From an uncultured archaeon (GTDB taxonomy: Archaea > Asgardarchaeota > Jordiarchaeia > Jordiarchaeales > Jordiarchaeaceae), in assembly GCA_964510585.1 (NCBI GenBank), contig CAZECW010000212.1:13122-45121 (forward strand): a DNA stretch of 32,000 nucleotides, read 5' to 3'. Made by a program: the position numbers and the translations under genes. This document shows, piece by piece, positions 1-10,068 of the stretch (position 1 is the first letter of the stretch; each line of letters opens with the position of its first letter). Under the pieces are notes generated by a model, which saw only the letters and a list, made by a program, of their open reading frames with translations, did no database searches and had not been told where the DNA came from.

Positions 1-1
1 A

Positions 2-859
2 TATAAAGTGACCTACAGCCTCTGTGTACCACCCCTACTCAACCTGATAGTGAGACATCTTGAGAACCCACAAGTCAAGGGCTACGATTGGTCTTCTTTC
101 CATGTGATGGCTAATGGGGCAGCGCCTGTCCCCACTGAGCTCGCCAAAAAGTTTGAAAAATTAGCGAAGGAAAAGTGTAGGGGGACAGAGGATCTTCTGG
201 TTGGTCAGGGATGGGGGCTCTCTGAGGCAGCTCCGGTGGCTGCAAATCCCTTCCACAGGAATAGGTTAGACACTCAGGGAATACTTATGCCGGACACCTA
301 CCACAAGATAATAGATGTCTTGACAGGTGAGGAGCTGCCTGAACCTGGCCAGATGGGAGAAATAGTAATTAGGGGGCCCCAAGTTTTTAAGGGGTACTGG
401 AAGAGACCGGAAGCCACGGAGCAAGCCTTCTGGACTGATCCAAAAACTGGACTGAAATGGTTCCGGACAGGTGACGTCGCATTTATAGATGAGGAAGGTT
501 ACGAACACTTGGTTGATAGGATGAAGGAGATGATAAAATATAAGGGCTACGCTATTGCACCAGCCGAACTTGAAGACCTACTCTTCAAGCACCCCAAAGT
601 ATTGGATTGCGCCGTGATACCAAAGCCGGCACCCGACCCAGCGCTTGGAGAAATTCCCAAAGCATTCATAGTGCCCAAACCCGAATATAAAGGCAAAATA
701 ACTGAGCAAGAAATAATTGACTGGGTGGCTGAGAGAATAGCTCCCTATAAAAAGATTAGGGAGGTAGAGTTTGTAGAGGGTATACCGAGGGTTATTACCG
801 GAAAGATTCTCAGAAGAGACCTGATAAAGAGAGAACGCGAGAAAATGGGACTAAAATAA
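2..859 (+). CDS. Acyl-CoA synthetase / AMP-binding enzyme, C-terminal part (5' end lies outside the window)
   Basis: Frame is open from the window start. It carries GQGWGLSEA, GEIVIRGPQVFKGYW, FRTGD, DRMKEMIK and the C-terminal GKILRR catalytic Lys motif of ANL-superfamily ligases. Confidence 0.93.
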   Translation, partial: YKVTYSLCVPPLLNLIVRHLENPQVKGYDWSSFHVMANGAAPVPTELAKKFEKLAKEKCRGTEDLLVGQGWGLSEAAPVAANPFHRNRLDTQGILMPDTYHKIIDVLTGEELPEPGQMGEIVIRGPQVFKGYWKRPEATEQAFWTDPKTGLKWFRTGDVAFIDEEGYEHLVDRMKEMIKYKGYAIAPAELEDLLFKHPKVLDCAVIPKPAPDPALGEIPKAFIVPKPEYKGKITEQEIIDWVAERIAPYKKIREVEFVEGIPRVITGKILRRDLIKREREKMGLK

Positions 860-886
860 GGAAAATGGTCACTTTTCCATTTTTTT
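860..886 (+). terminator. Probable terminator (short hairpin plus T-run)
   Basis: GGAAAA (860-865) / TTTTCC (873-878) stem followed by T7 (880-886), immediately after the stop codon at 859. Confidence 0.45.
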
Positions 887-1088
887 ATTCTTCACTATTA
901 TTTTTCGAAAGTTTAGGGCTGAGTCAGCTTCCAGTAGGGGATAGGCTTTGCTCCCAAAGATTTTCCTTTTTTTGAGTGAGTCGATGGTTTGAGAATTTAC
1001 TCTGGAAGAGGTTAGGATTTTTTTGAAGACTAAATGGGTGTCAAACAATTTTTAAATGGGTAGTTGCCAAGAATAACTCTCTACCTAT

Positions 1089-1907
1089 CTATTTTAGGAA
1101 GCATGCCCCCATCCCCTGTGCCCCTTTTATGCAAATCCACTCTTTATTTCCATATTTCTCAGCTTCCAGCTTTTCAGCCATTGCTATTTCTTCTTGCGTG
1201 TAGGTAGACTGTTTAAATTTAGTGTTTAATGACTGTGCATATCCCTTAATTATGTTATTTACGATTGTGTTTTCGACGTAGAGGTGGTCTATACATTTTT
1301 GGTTGAGTTCCTTTTTGACCGTAGTGTACCCACTTTCCACTTTCTCCAGTAGGGAGGGGTTTATTTTTTCTTCGGGAATGTTGATTACTTTTAGCATTGT
1401 TAGAATATCGTAGTCTATGAGTATTGTTGAGTGGAACAAGAATGTTGAAGAAGCTGCGTGGATTCCGCTTCCCGCAATTTTTTTGCCATTAACAATGATA
1501 TCAGTGGTTTTATAGCAATATGCAGCATTTATGTTTAGAGATTTTAGTCCGAGAAGTACGCCTTTATTTAATAGTTCGAATTTTTGCGAAACTTTTGAGG
1601 GATACGTTCCATCGTCTGAGATGATGAGGGTGATTCCGATTTGTGAATACCACTTGGGACACCCCATTATTATTGCGCCTCCCCCAGTCATTCTTCTTGT
1701 GAGGCTCATATTATTCCTCTCTATGAATTCAAGGTTGACGTCGCTTATGTCTTGGCTGTGTCCAATAACAACTGATGGACGGGAGAAAAAATAGAATCTT
1801 AGGACATTTGGGGATTTATGCTCCTCCACTCTCCTCAATAAAGTTTCATCCAAGGCCAGACCCTTGGGGGCAGGGTAAGCCTTATCCTTGATAACACGCC
1901 ACTCCAT
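1089..1907 (-). CDS. lplA: Lipoate-protein ligase / octanoyltransferase family protein (BPL_LplA_LipB catalytic domain only)
   Basis: Motifs ALDETLL, RPSVVIGHSQ, RRMTGGGAI, NGKKIAGSG and FHSTIL. A GGGGTGA RBS precedes ATG 1907. It is the third gene of the lipS operon. Confidence 0.9.
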   Translation of the reverse strand: MEWRVIKDKAYPAPKGLALDETLLRRVEEHKSPNVLRFYFFSRPSVVIGHSQDISDVNLEFIERNNMSLTRRMTGGGAIIMGCPKWYSQIGITLIISDDGTYPSKVSQKFELLNKGVLLGLKSLNINAAYCYKTTDIIVNGKKIAGSGIHAASSTFLFHSTILIDYDILTMLKVINIPEEKINPSLLEKVESGYTTVKKELNQKCIDHLYVENTIVNNIIKGYAQSLNTKFKQSTYTQEEIAMAEKLEAEKYGNKEWICIKGAQGMGACFLK

Positions 1908-1925
1908 AAGTAAATCACCCCTTTT

Positions 1926-2903
1926 TCATTTTTCTTGTGCTTTAATATCCTTGAAAATTAGCGAACAGCAGTGGTCATTAAACTCCAATCTGAAACCCTT
2001 TTTCTCGGCGTAATCTGCTCCTTCCTGACTAATGAAGGCTATACCGTTAACTCCGGATTTAATAGCCAAAATGTCAGTGGAAATCTTATGAGCGCCCTTA
2101 GGGCGGGCGCAGCCCAGGATTATTGGTGTTTTCGGCAGTTTTATCCGGCTATATGTGATGATATTAGCTATACTAGCTGGTTTCGGTGGCACGGTGTCCT
2201 GCATTGGTGTGTTTTCTAATGGCATAAGCGCAACTATCACTAGGGCTTTGGGTTTGTATTTCGAAATCATATCAACAGCGTTTAACTCGCCAACAATTTT
2301 TCCGTAGTTTAGCCCTACGACAATGTGTGGAACACTTGGAATATTATACATGTCGAGTAGTTCGAGTGAACGTTCGAAATCTCTTGTAGTTTTTTGTAAA
2401 TGATACACTTTTCGGATAGTTTCATTGTCACCAATAATGTCAAGCATTACTGCATCGACCCCCACCTCAGCAAGGCTTGAAGCTAAATCTTGATTAATTA
2501 AACCAGTGTGCATAACTATGGATAAATCATATTTTTCTTTGATTTTTTTAAGAGTGGGGATGAATTTCAATAGTGGAACGGTGCCGTCTAATCTTGATCC
2601 ACCGCTAATTAGAATTCCCTCGGTTCCTTTACTCACAAAATTATTGATTAGGGCTTCTAGGCGTTCAGGGGTTTCGGCTGGAAACATTGATTCTAAAATT
2701 TGTCCTCTACAATGATCACATTGAAGCTGGCATTTACTTCCAGTGATACTTATTGGGCAAAATCTGAAATTATCTGCAGGTTTGTGTTGGTCGATGGAAT
2801 AAGTTTGTATGGACGGTGAATAGCACCAGATACTTTTCCCAAAATTTTTAATTTTTATATCTAAAGCTTTCTTTTGTTCCACAATATTTAGTGTGGTGCT
2901 CAA
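1926..2903 (-). CDS. lipS1: Radical SAM lipoyl synthase subunit LipS1 (archaeal LipS1/LipS2 type)
   Basis: CxxxCxxC motif (CQLQCDHC), plus GCAR and a C-terminal CC (DHCCSL), the LipS1 motifs described in Thermococcus kodakarensis. Start moved to TTG 2903 because the ORF-track start overlaps the upstream gene; the exact start is uncertain. Confidence 0.82.
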   Translation of the reverse strand: MSTTLNIVEQKKALDIKIKNFGKSIWCYSPSIQTYSIDQHKPADNFRFCPISITGSKCQLQCDHCRGQILESMFPAETPERLEALINNFVSKGTEGILISGGSRLDGTVPLLKFIPTLKKIKEKYDLSIVMHTGLINQDLASSLAEVGVDAVMLDIIGDNETIRKVYHLQKTTRDFERSLELLDMYNIPSVPHIVVGLNYGKIVGELNAVDMISKYKPKALVIVALMPLENTPMQDTVPPKPASIANIITYSRIKLPKTPIILGCARPKGAHKISTDILAIKSGVNGIAFISQEGADYAEKKGFRLEFNDHCCSLIFKDIKAQEK

Positions 2904-2946
2904 TGTTTTCCTTCCCTGCCGGCTGATCCTGTTAAAGTTTGGCTTT

Positions 2947-4044
2947 TTATGGGAAATCTTCAGCCAGATTAATCGTGGGGGCAGCTGGTTTGTTTGAGTA
3001 ATCAAAAATTTGTTTCTTTATTATGGATATATCTTCCTGGTTTGGTTTAAATGGGAAGTTTCTCAACTCACCCATATATGCTTGAAATGGTGTACAGTCG
3101 GAGTAGGGTCTGTTGCAAGCCACATCCAAAGTTTTACCGGGGCATCCAGTCGTCATAAACGGTGTCCCCTTTGAAATGTGAAGATCCAATTGCTCCGCGT
3201 CCAAACCATAATCTACTATTTGACCCAATTCGTTGAACTCCAGCTTTTCAAAATGGGTTAAATTGTTGGAAATCAAATAGGACAGTAACTGGATACGGCG
3301 GTACTGACCAATACTTGGTTGGGGGTGATTCTCCATAAGAGAAAAGGGCTCCGGAAAGAATGAGAATAAGTGAACTCGCGCCCCCATATCTATTATTTTT
3401 TGAATGAGAAATGCCATTTCGGATTCGGACTCGCCGAGACCCACTATTATGTGAACCCCAACATTTCCTGTTCCAAACACATCAAGAGACTCTTTTATAA
3501 CATTCCAGTAATGAGACCACTTATGCGGCCCCTTTACGCCCTTACCCCTCAATCTGTCAAACAATTCCGGCGTTGCAGCATCAACAGCAACACCAACTTT
3601 GTCGCAGCCATGCTCTTTCAACTTGTTCAGCCAATTTCCCTTTATAATTGTTGGACAGATTAACGTAGAAATAAGATGTTTGGTCCGCGTTCTAATTCTT
3701 TCAACAACTGTAAGTGTATCGGCGCATGCTCTTGGATTTGTAACCATTGAAACACAAACCCGCTCAACATGAGCGCAAGAGGAGGAGTTCAACGCAGAAA
3801 CAATTTTGTCCAATGAGTAAATCGGCCAATCTACGCGAATAAATGATTTGTCCCTAAAGTGTTCACCAACCTTTCTGCCACGGCTCAAACCACAATACGC
3901 ACAATTACCTCTACAACCTTCCTCATAAGTTAAAAGTAGATTAATACAGTACAGTTTAGCCCCACGATAAAATAAACCATTTTCGAAACCTAAAGTCATC
4001 GCAGCAGCCAAACTCACCTGCAAGTAATCAGGACTTTCCAACAA
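2947..4044 (-). CDS. lipS2: Radical SAM lipoyl synthase subunit LipS2
   Basis: CRGNCAYC radical SAM motif and TTGCPG...CNRP, matching the LipS2 TxGCPxC(N/D)RP motif with a short insertion. Start set at TTG 4044 behind a GAGGAGG RBS. Confidence 0.82.
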   Translation of the reverse strand: MLESPDYLQVSLAAAMTLGFENGLFYRGAKLYCINLLLTYEEGCRGNCAYCGLSRGRKVGEHFRDKSFIRVDWPIYSLDKIVSALNSSSCAHVERVCVSMVTNPRACADTLTVVERIRTRTKHLISTLICPTIIKGNWLNKLKEHGCDKVGVAVDAATPELFDRLRGKGVKGPHKWSHYWNVIKESLDVFGTGNVGVHIIVGLGESESEMAFLIQKIIDMGARVHLFSFFPEPFSLMENHPQPSIGQYRRIQLLSYLISNNLTHFEKLEFNELGQIVDYGLDAEQLDLHISKGTPFMTTGCPGKTLDVACNRPYSDCTPFQAYMGELRNFPFKPNQEDISIIKKQIFDYSNKPAAPTINLAEDFP

Positions 4045-4454
4045 TGCATCCTCCTCAACAAACAAATCTAAACAACCTCCAAAATTCCAAGTTCTCCTTC
4101 CAATCAACTGTATAATAGTAATCAAAGAAAAACATAAATTTTAACTATTTCGCCCCCTTCCTGAAACGATTCCAGTGTTTCGCAGAAACATACAGGAAGG
4201 AGTCTCCTCTAAAGACAGGTAACGCAGAGTCCGCATCCTTTTAACACTCTTGGCGCTTGCCTGAGGCGTCCTACTCTCACAGCAAAAATCAAAGAAAGAT
4301 AAATACACGCAAGGAGTATATAAATCTGGCTAGTTTGGTGACTCCGGGTTTAACGTGCAGATTATATAACCAAAAAATGGGGGGGTAAAATCGATTAACT
4401 CTGCATCGCCGCTTAAGTCATAAAAAATGAAAAGGGAATATTGTGTTTTGATCC

Positions 4455-4901
4455 TTAGTAGCTGCTTCCTTGAATTCCCAACAAGAGTTCGAGTTCTGTT
4501 ATGTGTTCCTGCTCCTCCGTAAGGATGTGTCTCACTTCATGTTCAAGCAAGTGGTCGTAGTATCCCTTCCCCTTTTCCTTCTTGAGGGCTTCAAGGATTC
4601 CCCTGTATGTGTCCACTGCTTCTTTCTCGTTTTTCAGGTTCTGTTCAAGGATTCCCTTCACATCCTTAGCAGGATAGGTGGCCGCTATACCCATACTGGG
4701 CACACCGCCAAGTGCTCCAATGAGTGTTCTAAACTTTTCCTGATGTTTCAGCTCATCGCCAGCAATTTCCTTAAGCCTCGCAATTATGGGCTCAGCGTTA
4801 ATTCCATCCACAACTTCAGCATGACTTAGATATTGGACGTAGGCAGCATGCTCCAACTCAAGGGCGTGGTTCAATAACTGTAGAATACTTTCTTTGGTCA
4901 T
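4455..4901 (-). CDS. Ferritin-like (bacterioferritin/Dps-like) diiron protein
   Basis: Four-helix-bundle pattern with E (LELEHAA), ExxH (DELKH), E (NEKEA) and ExxH (EQEH). Strong GAGGAG RBS. Confidence 0.85.
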   Translation of the reverse strand: MTKESILQLLNHALELEHAAYVQYLSHAEVVDGINAEPIIARLKEIAGDELKHQEKFRTLIGALGGVPSMGIAATYPAKDVKGILEQNLKNEKEAVDTYRGILEALKKEKGKGYYDHLLEHEVRHILTEEQEHITELELLLGIQGSSY

Positions 4902-5327
4902 TAATATCTCCTCTTACGCCTCCTCAATTGTGAGAGAAATACTTGCCACGAAACAATATAAACCTTTTGTTGAATGCTCCTAACACATATGCTGGAGATA
5001 GCAGAATTACGCATTATATTAAAATTTTTCAAATCACAAGCTAAAATTGCAAAAATCATCAAAACACCCAAGAAATAAGTAAGTAAAATTTTGCCGCATA
5101 ACATTTTGATGCCGGGCTAATTGGAACAAGCCCTATTTCCCAATTTTTGATACTAAACTGGCGAAAGCCCATAAATTATCCTGCTTTGAGATGATGCAAT
5201 TTCTTTTTGGCACCTTTTTTGAGTTCTTCGATTAAGATTAGCTTTTATTTTCTGCTAGCCATAACATATTTATCACTAGTTGTCTGTGAAGCGATAAGGA
5301 GAAAAAAATGAGTGAAATTGCTGAAAA

Positions 5328-7004
5328 TTAGTAGAGAAATCCTGCACCCTTAGATGTTGGTTTGACAATCTTTGAGTATACGTCAAGGACTCCTTTCTTG
5401 ACCTTGGGCTCTGGAGGCTTCCACTTCTTCAATCTTTCTTTCAATTCTTTTTCTGGAATCTTTAGATCCAGTATGCGGTTTGGAATGTCTATAGAAATTA
5501 TGTCGCCATCTCTGACCACCGCTATGGGTCCTCCCTCCATGGCTTCGGGGTCTACATGGCCAATGCAGGGTCCCCTAGTGGCACCCGAGAATCTACCATC
5601 GGTAACTAGCGCGACACTATTTCCGAGACCAGTGCCTATCAGTGCTGCGGTGGGCTTAAGCATCTCCTTCATTCCTGGTCCGCCCTTCGGCCCCTCATAC
5701 CTTATCACCACGACTTCTCCAGCGTTTATTTTCTTTCCCATAATTGCTGCCTGAGCATCCTCTTCAGAATCAAAGACTCGCGCCTTGCCCTCGAACTTCA
5801 GCATGTTTTCGTCCACGCCGGCCTGCTTAACCACAGCACCGTTGGGTGCCAGTGTTCCCTTCAGTATTGCGAGTCCTCCCTCTTTGTGCACTGGATTGTC
5901 TTTCGGTCTAATCACATCCCTATTTATCACAACTGCGTCTTTTACGTTTTCTCCAAGGGTTTTTCCAGTAACAGTCAAGGCGTCTTTGTGAATGCAGTCT
6001 TCTAATTCTTTGATAACAGCGGGTATTCCACCAGCCTCATCAAGCTCCTGTACTGTATAGGGTCCGCTGGGATCCATGTTGCAGAGGTGTGGAGTTTCTT
6101 TGCCGATTTTGTCGAATAGTTCTAGTGGCAAATCTATGCCCACCTGTGCGGCAATCGCGGGAAGGTGAAGCACGGTGTTCGTGGAGCCACCCAGCGCCAT
6201 ATCTACATGGATGGCGTTTTCGAATGCTTCTTGGGTCATTATATCGCGGGGTCGTATGTCTTGCTCTATAAGTTTCATTATTTGCATCCCTGACTGCTTA
6301 GCTATTCTTAGTCTTCTGGCGTCAACCGCTGGAATTGTAGCGGATCCAGTTAATGACATTCCAAGCGCTTCAGTTAGGCACGCCATAGTGTTTGCGGTGT
6401 ACATGCCCTGGCAGGAGCCGCAGCCCGGAACTACGACTTCGGATATCTCTCTTGTTTGCTTTTCCAGTTGAGGGCTTGGGCCCAGCAGGATGTTCAGGAA
6501 TTGCATTTCTAGCGCCCTTCTCCCAGTTATTTTCTGTCCCTGATAACATCCGGGAAGCATGGGTCCACCATTAACCACAATCGCGGGGATGTTAAGGTAG
6601 CCTGCAGCCATCAGCATTCCTGGAACTATCTTGTCGCAGGAGCCTATTAGAACCATGCCGTCAAGTGAGTGTGCTTCCACCATCATTTCCACTGAGGCCG
6701 CTATTAAATCCCTGCTCGGGAGGGGATATCTCATGCCCGGGTGCCCCATGGCAATGCCGTCACAGATTGCAATGGTGTGGAACTGGAGTGGTGTGCCCCC
6801 GGCCATTCTCACCCCTGCTTCAACCGCGTCAGCTACAGTATTAAGGTGTACGTGTCCGGGCACTATGTTAGTCCAGCTGTTTACGACTGCCACCAGTGGT
6901 CTGTCGAGTTCCTCCTCAGTGAATCCGCAGGCCTTCAATAGGGTACGTGCCATGAAACCTTCAATTTGACCATAAACCTTCCTACTTCTCAATTCAGAAG
7001 ACAT
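5328..7004 (-). CDS. ilvD: Dihydroxy-acid dehydratase
   Basis: All canonical motifs present: [35 protein letters not shown] and TDGRFSG. Start set at ATG 7004 (MSSELRS) behind a GAAGGTGG RBS. Confidence 0.9.
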   Translation of the reverse strand: MSSELRSRKVYGQIEGFMARTLLKACGFTEEELDRPLVAVVNSWTNIVPGHVHLNTVADAVEAGVRMAGGTPLQFHTIAICDGIAMGHPGMRYPLPSRDLIAASVEMMVEAHSLDGMVLIGSCDKIVPGMLMAAGYLNIPAIVVNGGPMLPGCYQGQKITGRRALEMQFLNILLGPSPQLEKQTREISEVVVPGCGSCQGMYTANTMACLTEALGMSLTGSATIPAVDARRLRIAKQSGMQIMKLIEQDIRPRDIMTQEAFENAIHVDMALGGSTNTVLHLPAIAAQVGIDLPLELFDKIGKETPHLCNMDPSGPYTVQELDEAGGIPAVIKELEDCIHKDALTVTGKTLGENVKDAVVINRDVIRPKDNPVHKEGGLAILKGTLAPNGAVVKQAGVDENMLKFEGKARVFDSEEDAQAAIMGKKINAGEVVVIRYEGPKGGPGMKEMLKPTAALIGTGLGNSVALVTDGRFSGATRGPCIGHVDPEAMEGGPIAVVRDGDIISIDIPNRILDLKIPEKELKERLKKWKPPEPKVKKGVLDVYSKIVKPTSKGAGFLY

Positions 7005-7325
7005 AAAATCAACCACCTTCTCCAAAACATCTTGGACAATTATTAGACATTTACTAAAATGAAACATAACTAAAAAGTTTCCTATTCCTAAAAATCAAGG
7101 CAAGTTGGTTTCTGCACTCTTGAGATTAACTTCCTGTTCATCGACTTCGGATTTTAATAGTTCTGTTGGAGGAACCTTCGTGATGTATGTTTCTAATTTC
7201 TTACTGTCCCTAAATTCAACTAGAATGTGGATTATAAGGGAGCAAATTTAACTTTGGCAGAATTTAAATTAAGATTATATGTAAATAAGATGAGGGGATG
7301 GGTGGGATTTATGTGTGTTTCTTTT

Positions 7326-9194
7326 CTATTTGCCTTTTTGGGCGTTTTCTAGTTTTTTTAGCTCGTCTTTGAGGCCCAGCTCTATTAGTTTTTGTTTTGT
7401 GGGTATGCCTGTTTTTTTGTCCCAGCCTCTCTCATTGTAGTACTCGTCAAGCATTTCTTCAACCATTTCCCTCGTTATTTCTCCTTTGCCGGTGTATTCC
7501 ATGAATCGGGGTTCGGTGAACCACTGTTCTGGGGGTTTGTCCCGGGTTGTGAAGCCTTCTCTGACGTTTGCGATTTTTAATAGGTTGTATATTCTTTCAC
7601 CTGCTTTGAGCATTTCCTCTTTGGTTTTTTCTATTCCAGTTGCGGCTGCATATAGTTCGGGGTAGAGGTCTGCGTAGTAGAAGCGGTTTATCTGTGCTCT
7701 GGCGCATATTCCTAGGGCCGCCATTACCATGAAGTTGTCGTGGGCGTATTTTAGCAGTATGCCAACCTTTAATTCCTTTAGTTGAGGTAATATTTTTTCT
7801 ATGGTTTCGTCTGGGACTCCTATTTTGTTTAGTAGTTTGGGGAATTTGTCTAGAGGCCTCTGAGCAAAGTATGTGGGTGAGCCTCCTGTGGCGGCGTGTG
7901 GGCCTCTGGGGTCTATGATTTGCCCCAGTTCCATGGTGCCCATGTACTGCCAGGGTAGGGGTCCCTTTGGATTTATGTATGTGACCATCCCCCTACTGGT
8001 TGGAGGTGCTAATTCTCGGGCTTCCTCGCCATACTCTTTTACTATTCCCTCTACTCCTTCAGCCAGAAGGTCTCCTAGTCCTTCTCGGTATGCTACCTTT
8101 TTTATCCATTTTTCCAGGTTCTGGTAGTCGTAAATAATTTTGGAGTCTGGATAGTCTCCCAGTAGATTTTTCTCGACGAGTTTTTTTGCGAGGTCCAGTG
8201 TTCCGAAGAATTCAAAAATGTCCATTCCGTAGTCATCTAGATAGGAGGTGAGCTTCACATACTCCTGGTAGTCGGATATTCCGTAGAGCATTGGAAGGAT
8301 AAGGTTAACCGTGGAAGATGTGATTTTTGTGAAGCCCTTAAATTTTCCCTCCCGGAGTTGCAGGTAGTCTTTATCCCCTATGGGGCATCCTATGCAGGCC
8401 ATCCTTGCTTTAAAGAGTTTTTCCAAGTACAGGTTTTTGTCTATGTAGGGGAGGCTCATTATGAGCCCCAGTTTTTGCCATTCTTTTAGCTGGTCATATT
8501 TTCGAATTCTCTCATAGAGTCCATCGCACACCTTCTTGAACCTCTTTTTATTGGAAACCCTTACTCCCTTCCTGCCCCTTACTATTACGGCTTTGAGTTT
8601 CTTTGAACCAAAAACTGCAGCCACTCCCCCTCTCCCAAAGGTGGATGCCCTATCAACCATAGCTATGGAATACTTTACCAAGTTTTCTCCTGCCTGGCCA
8701 ATTGCAATAACGCCCAAAGGCCTACCATACTTATCATATAATGTGTCTGTGGCTTCGTCTATGCCTTTTCCCCAGAGGGATTTTGCATCGCAGAATTCAA
8801 CCTCGTCATCAAAAACCTTCAAGTACACTGGTTTATCCGATTTACCACTAATGACTATGTGATCGTAACCGGCGCATTTTTGCATACAGGCAAAATGCAT
8901 TCCTCCACCGCCACACCACCCAATGGCATTGTTTATGGGCAGTTTGGTTGTGGCGAAAATTCTAGTTGCTCCTGGAGCATAGGTACCCACCAGGACTCCT
9001 GCCCCAAGTATTATCAGATTCTCCGGAGATAGGGGATCAACTCCAGGCTTCATCAGATCGTATGCCAGTTTAATGTTGACTCCTAATCCACCGATAAATC
9101 TTTCAGCAGTATCCAGGTTTAGGTCTTCTTTTTCCACTATGCCCTCGGACAGGTCTACATGTAGGATTTTTCCAGCGTATCCTCCAGTTTCCAC
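7326..9194 (-). CDS. Aldehyde:ferredoxin oxidoreductase (AOR/WOR, tungstopterin) family protein, divergent
   Basis: N-terminal GYAGKILHVDLS, GRGGVAAVFGSKKLKA, DDYGMD pterin-binding motif and C-terminal EYYNERGWDKKTGIP. The GTG start directly follows the ferredoxin stop codon. Confidence 0.88.
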   Translation of the reverse strand: METGGYAGKILHVDLSEGIVEKEDLNLDTAERFIGGLGVNIKLAYDLMKPGVDPLSPENLIILGAGVLVGTYAPGATRIFATTKLPINNAIGWCGGGGMHFACMQKCAGYDHIVISGKSDKPVYLKVFDDEVEFCDAKSLWGKGIDEATDTLYDKYGRPLGVIAIGQAGENLVKYSIAMVDRASTFGRGGVAAVFGSKKLKAVIVRGRKGVRVSNKKRFKKVCDGLYERIRKYDQLKEWQKLGLIMSLPYIDKNLYLEKLFKARMACIGCPIGDKDYLQLREGKFKGFTKITSSTVNLILPMLYGISDYQEYVKLTSYLDDYGMDIFEFFGTLDLAKKLVEKNLLGDYPDSKIIYDYQNLEKWIKKVAYREGLGDLLAEGVEGIVKEYGEEARELAPPTSRGMVTYINPKGPLPWQYMGTMELGQIIDPRGPHAATGGSPTYFAQRPLDKFPKLLNKIGVPDETIEKILPQLKELKVGILLKYAHDNFMVMAALGICARAQINRFYYADLYPELYAAATGIEKTKEEMLKAGERIYNLLKIANVREGFTTRDKPPEQWFTEPRFMEYTGKGEITREMVEEMLDEYYNERGWDKKTGIPTKQKLIELGLKDELKKLENAQKGK

Positions 9195-9431
9195 TCAATC
9201 ACCCTCCTCAATTTTTTCCAATGCTCCGTAGAAACAGTATTCAGCACATATTCCACAGTCTGTACACTCATCGGTGAAAACTATTTTAGAGCCCTCAGGA
9301 GACCACTCAACAATTATTCTCGCCTCCAGGGGGTTAAATCTATCAGTATAAGTAAAAGAACACGCAAGCTGACACGTTAAACATCCCACACAATTTTCGG
9401 GGCGGACCCTTACCTTTTTCGATTCAACCAT
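9195..9431 (-). CDS. 2x[4Fe-4S] ferredoxin-like subunit, coupled to the AOR gene
   Basis: CVGCLTCQLAC and CTDCGICAEYC motifs. Start set at ATG 9431 (MVESKK). Its TGA is adjacent to the AOR GTG. Confidence 0.88.
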   Translation of the reverse strand: MVESKKVRVRPENCVGCLTCQLACSFTYTDRFNPLEARIIVEWSPEGSKIVFTDECTDCGICAEYCFYGALEKIEEGD

Positions 9432-9630
9432 TAAATCATTTCCCAACCTTTTTCTAAACAGGATATACACCATATTCTTAAACTTTAGCACTAAAACCAA
9501 GCCAAAAATTCGACTTCAAATTGAACTGTAAGACGAAAAAAGAATTGGGGGTTTAAGAAATCTTAATTAGACAACACTCTGTCCATTGACGCCTCTTGGA
9601 TTTGTTGAACTGCCGCGAATTATTGGTGGA

Positions 9631-10068
9631 TTATTTTCTTTTATATTTACCCATGAGAACTGCTTCCGCTATTTTGTTTTCCTCCACCTTCTTGTAGAAG
9701 CTCCTTTTATCGTTTACACCCTCCAGTTTATCAACCTTAAGAGCGTAGAGCTTAAAGAAGTATCGATGTGTTCCACTGGGCGGGCAGGGCCCACCATACT
9801 CAACTTTTCCAAAATCGTTTTTAACTTGTCTAGCATTTCTAGGCAGGCCATTTCTGGGAATACTTTTTACATTTGGCGGGATATCGCATACCAGCCAGTG
9901 AACCCATGTTCCCACGGGTGCGTCTGGATCGTCCACAATTAATGCGAAACTCTTGGTTTCCTTGGGTGCCTCACTCCACTCCAAGTGCGGTGAAATATCT
10001 GGGCCGTCACAAGTAAACTGGGAGGGTATCATACCCTCATGTTGGAAATCCTTACTCCATAACTTCAT
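9631..10068 (-). CDS. YbhB/YbcL family (PEBP/RKIP-like) protein
   Basis: Motifs FTCDGPDISP, LIVDDPDAP, WVHW and YGGPCPPSGTHRYFFKLYAL. Start set at ATG 10068. Confidence 0.92.
   Translation of the reverse strand: MKLWSKDFQHEGMIPSQFTCDGPDISPHLEWSEAPKETKSFALIVDDPDAPVGTWVHWLVCDIPPNVKSIPRNGLPRNARQVKNDFGKVEYGGPCPPSGTHRYFFKLYALKVDKLEGVNDKRSFYKKVEENKIAEAVLMGKYKRK

Noticed and set aside
938-948. 11-nt match (GGGATAGGCTT) to the mini-element guide flank at 23767-23777
   Set aside because: It covers only guide positions 13-23, not the seed, and has no TTAC TAM; an 11-nt match is compatible with chance.
3110-3160. Insertion in the LipS2 motif (TTGCPG-KTLDVA-CNRP)
   Set aside because: Both Cys residues and the flanking motif are intact; spacing variation alone does not indicate a new function.
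4901-5104. 67-aa ORF upstream of the ferritin-like gene
   Set aside because: AT-rich promoter-like DNA whose 3' end is just the ferritin RBS; no motif support.
7095-7247. 50-codon open frame on the minus strand between AOR and ilvD
   Set aside because: It has no start codon or RBS near its 5' end and no recognisable motif; at most a gene remnant.
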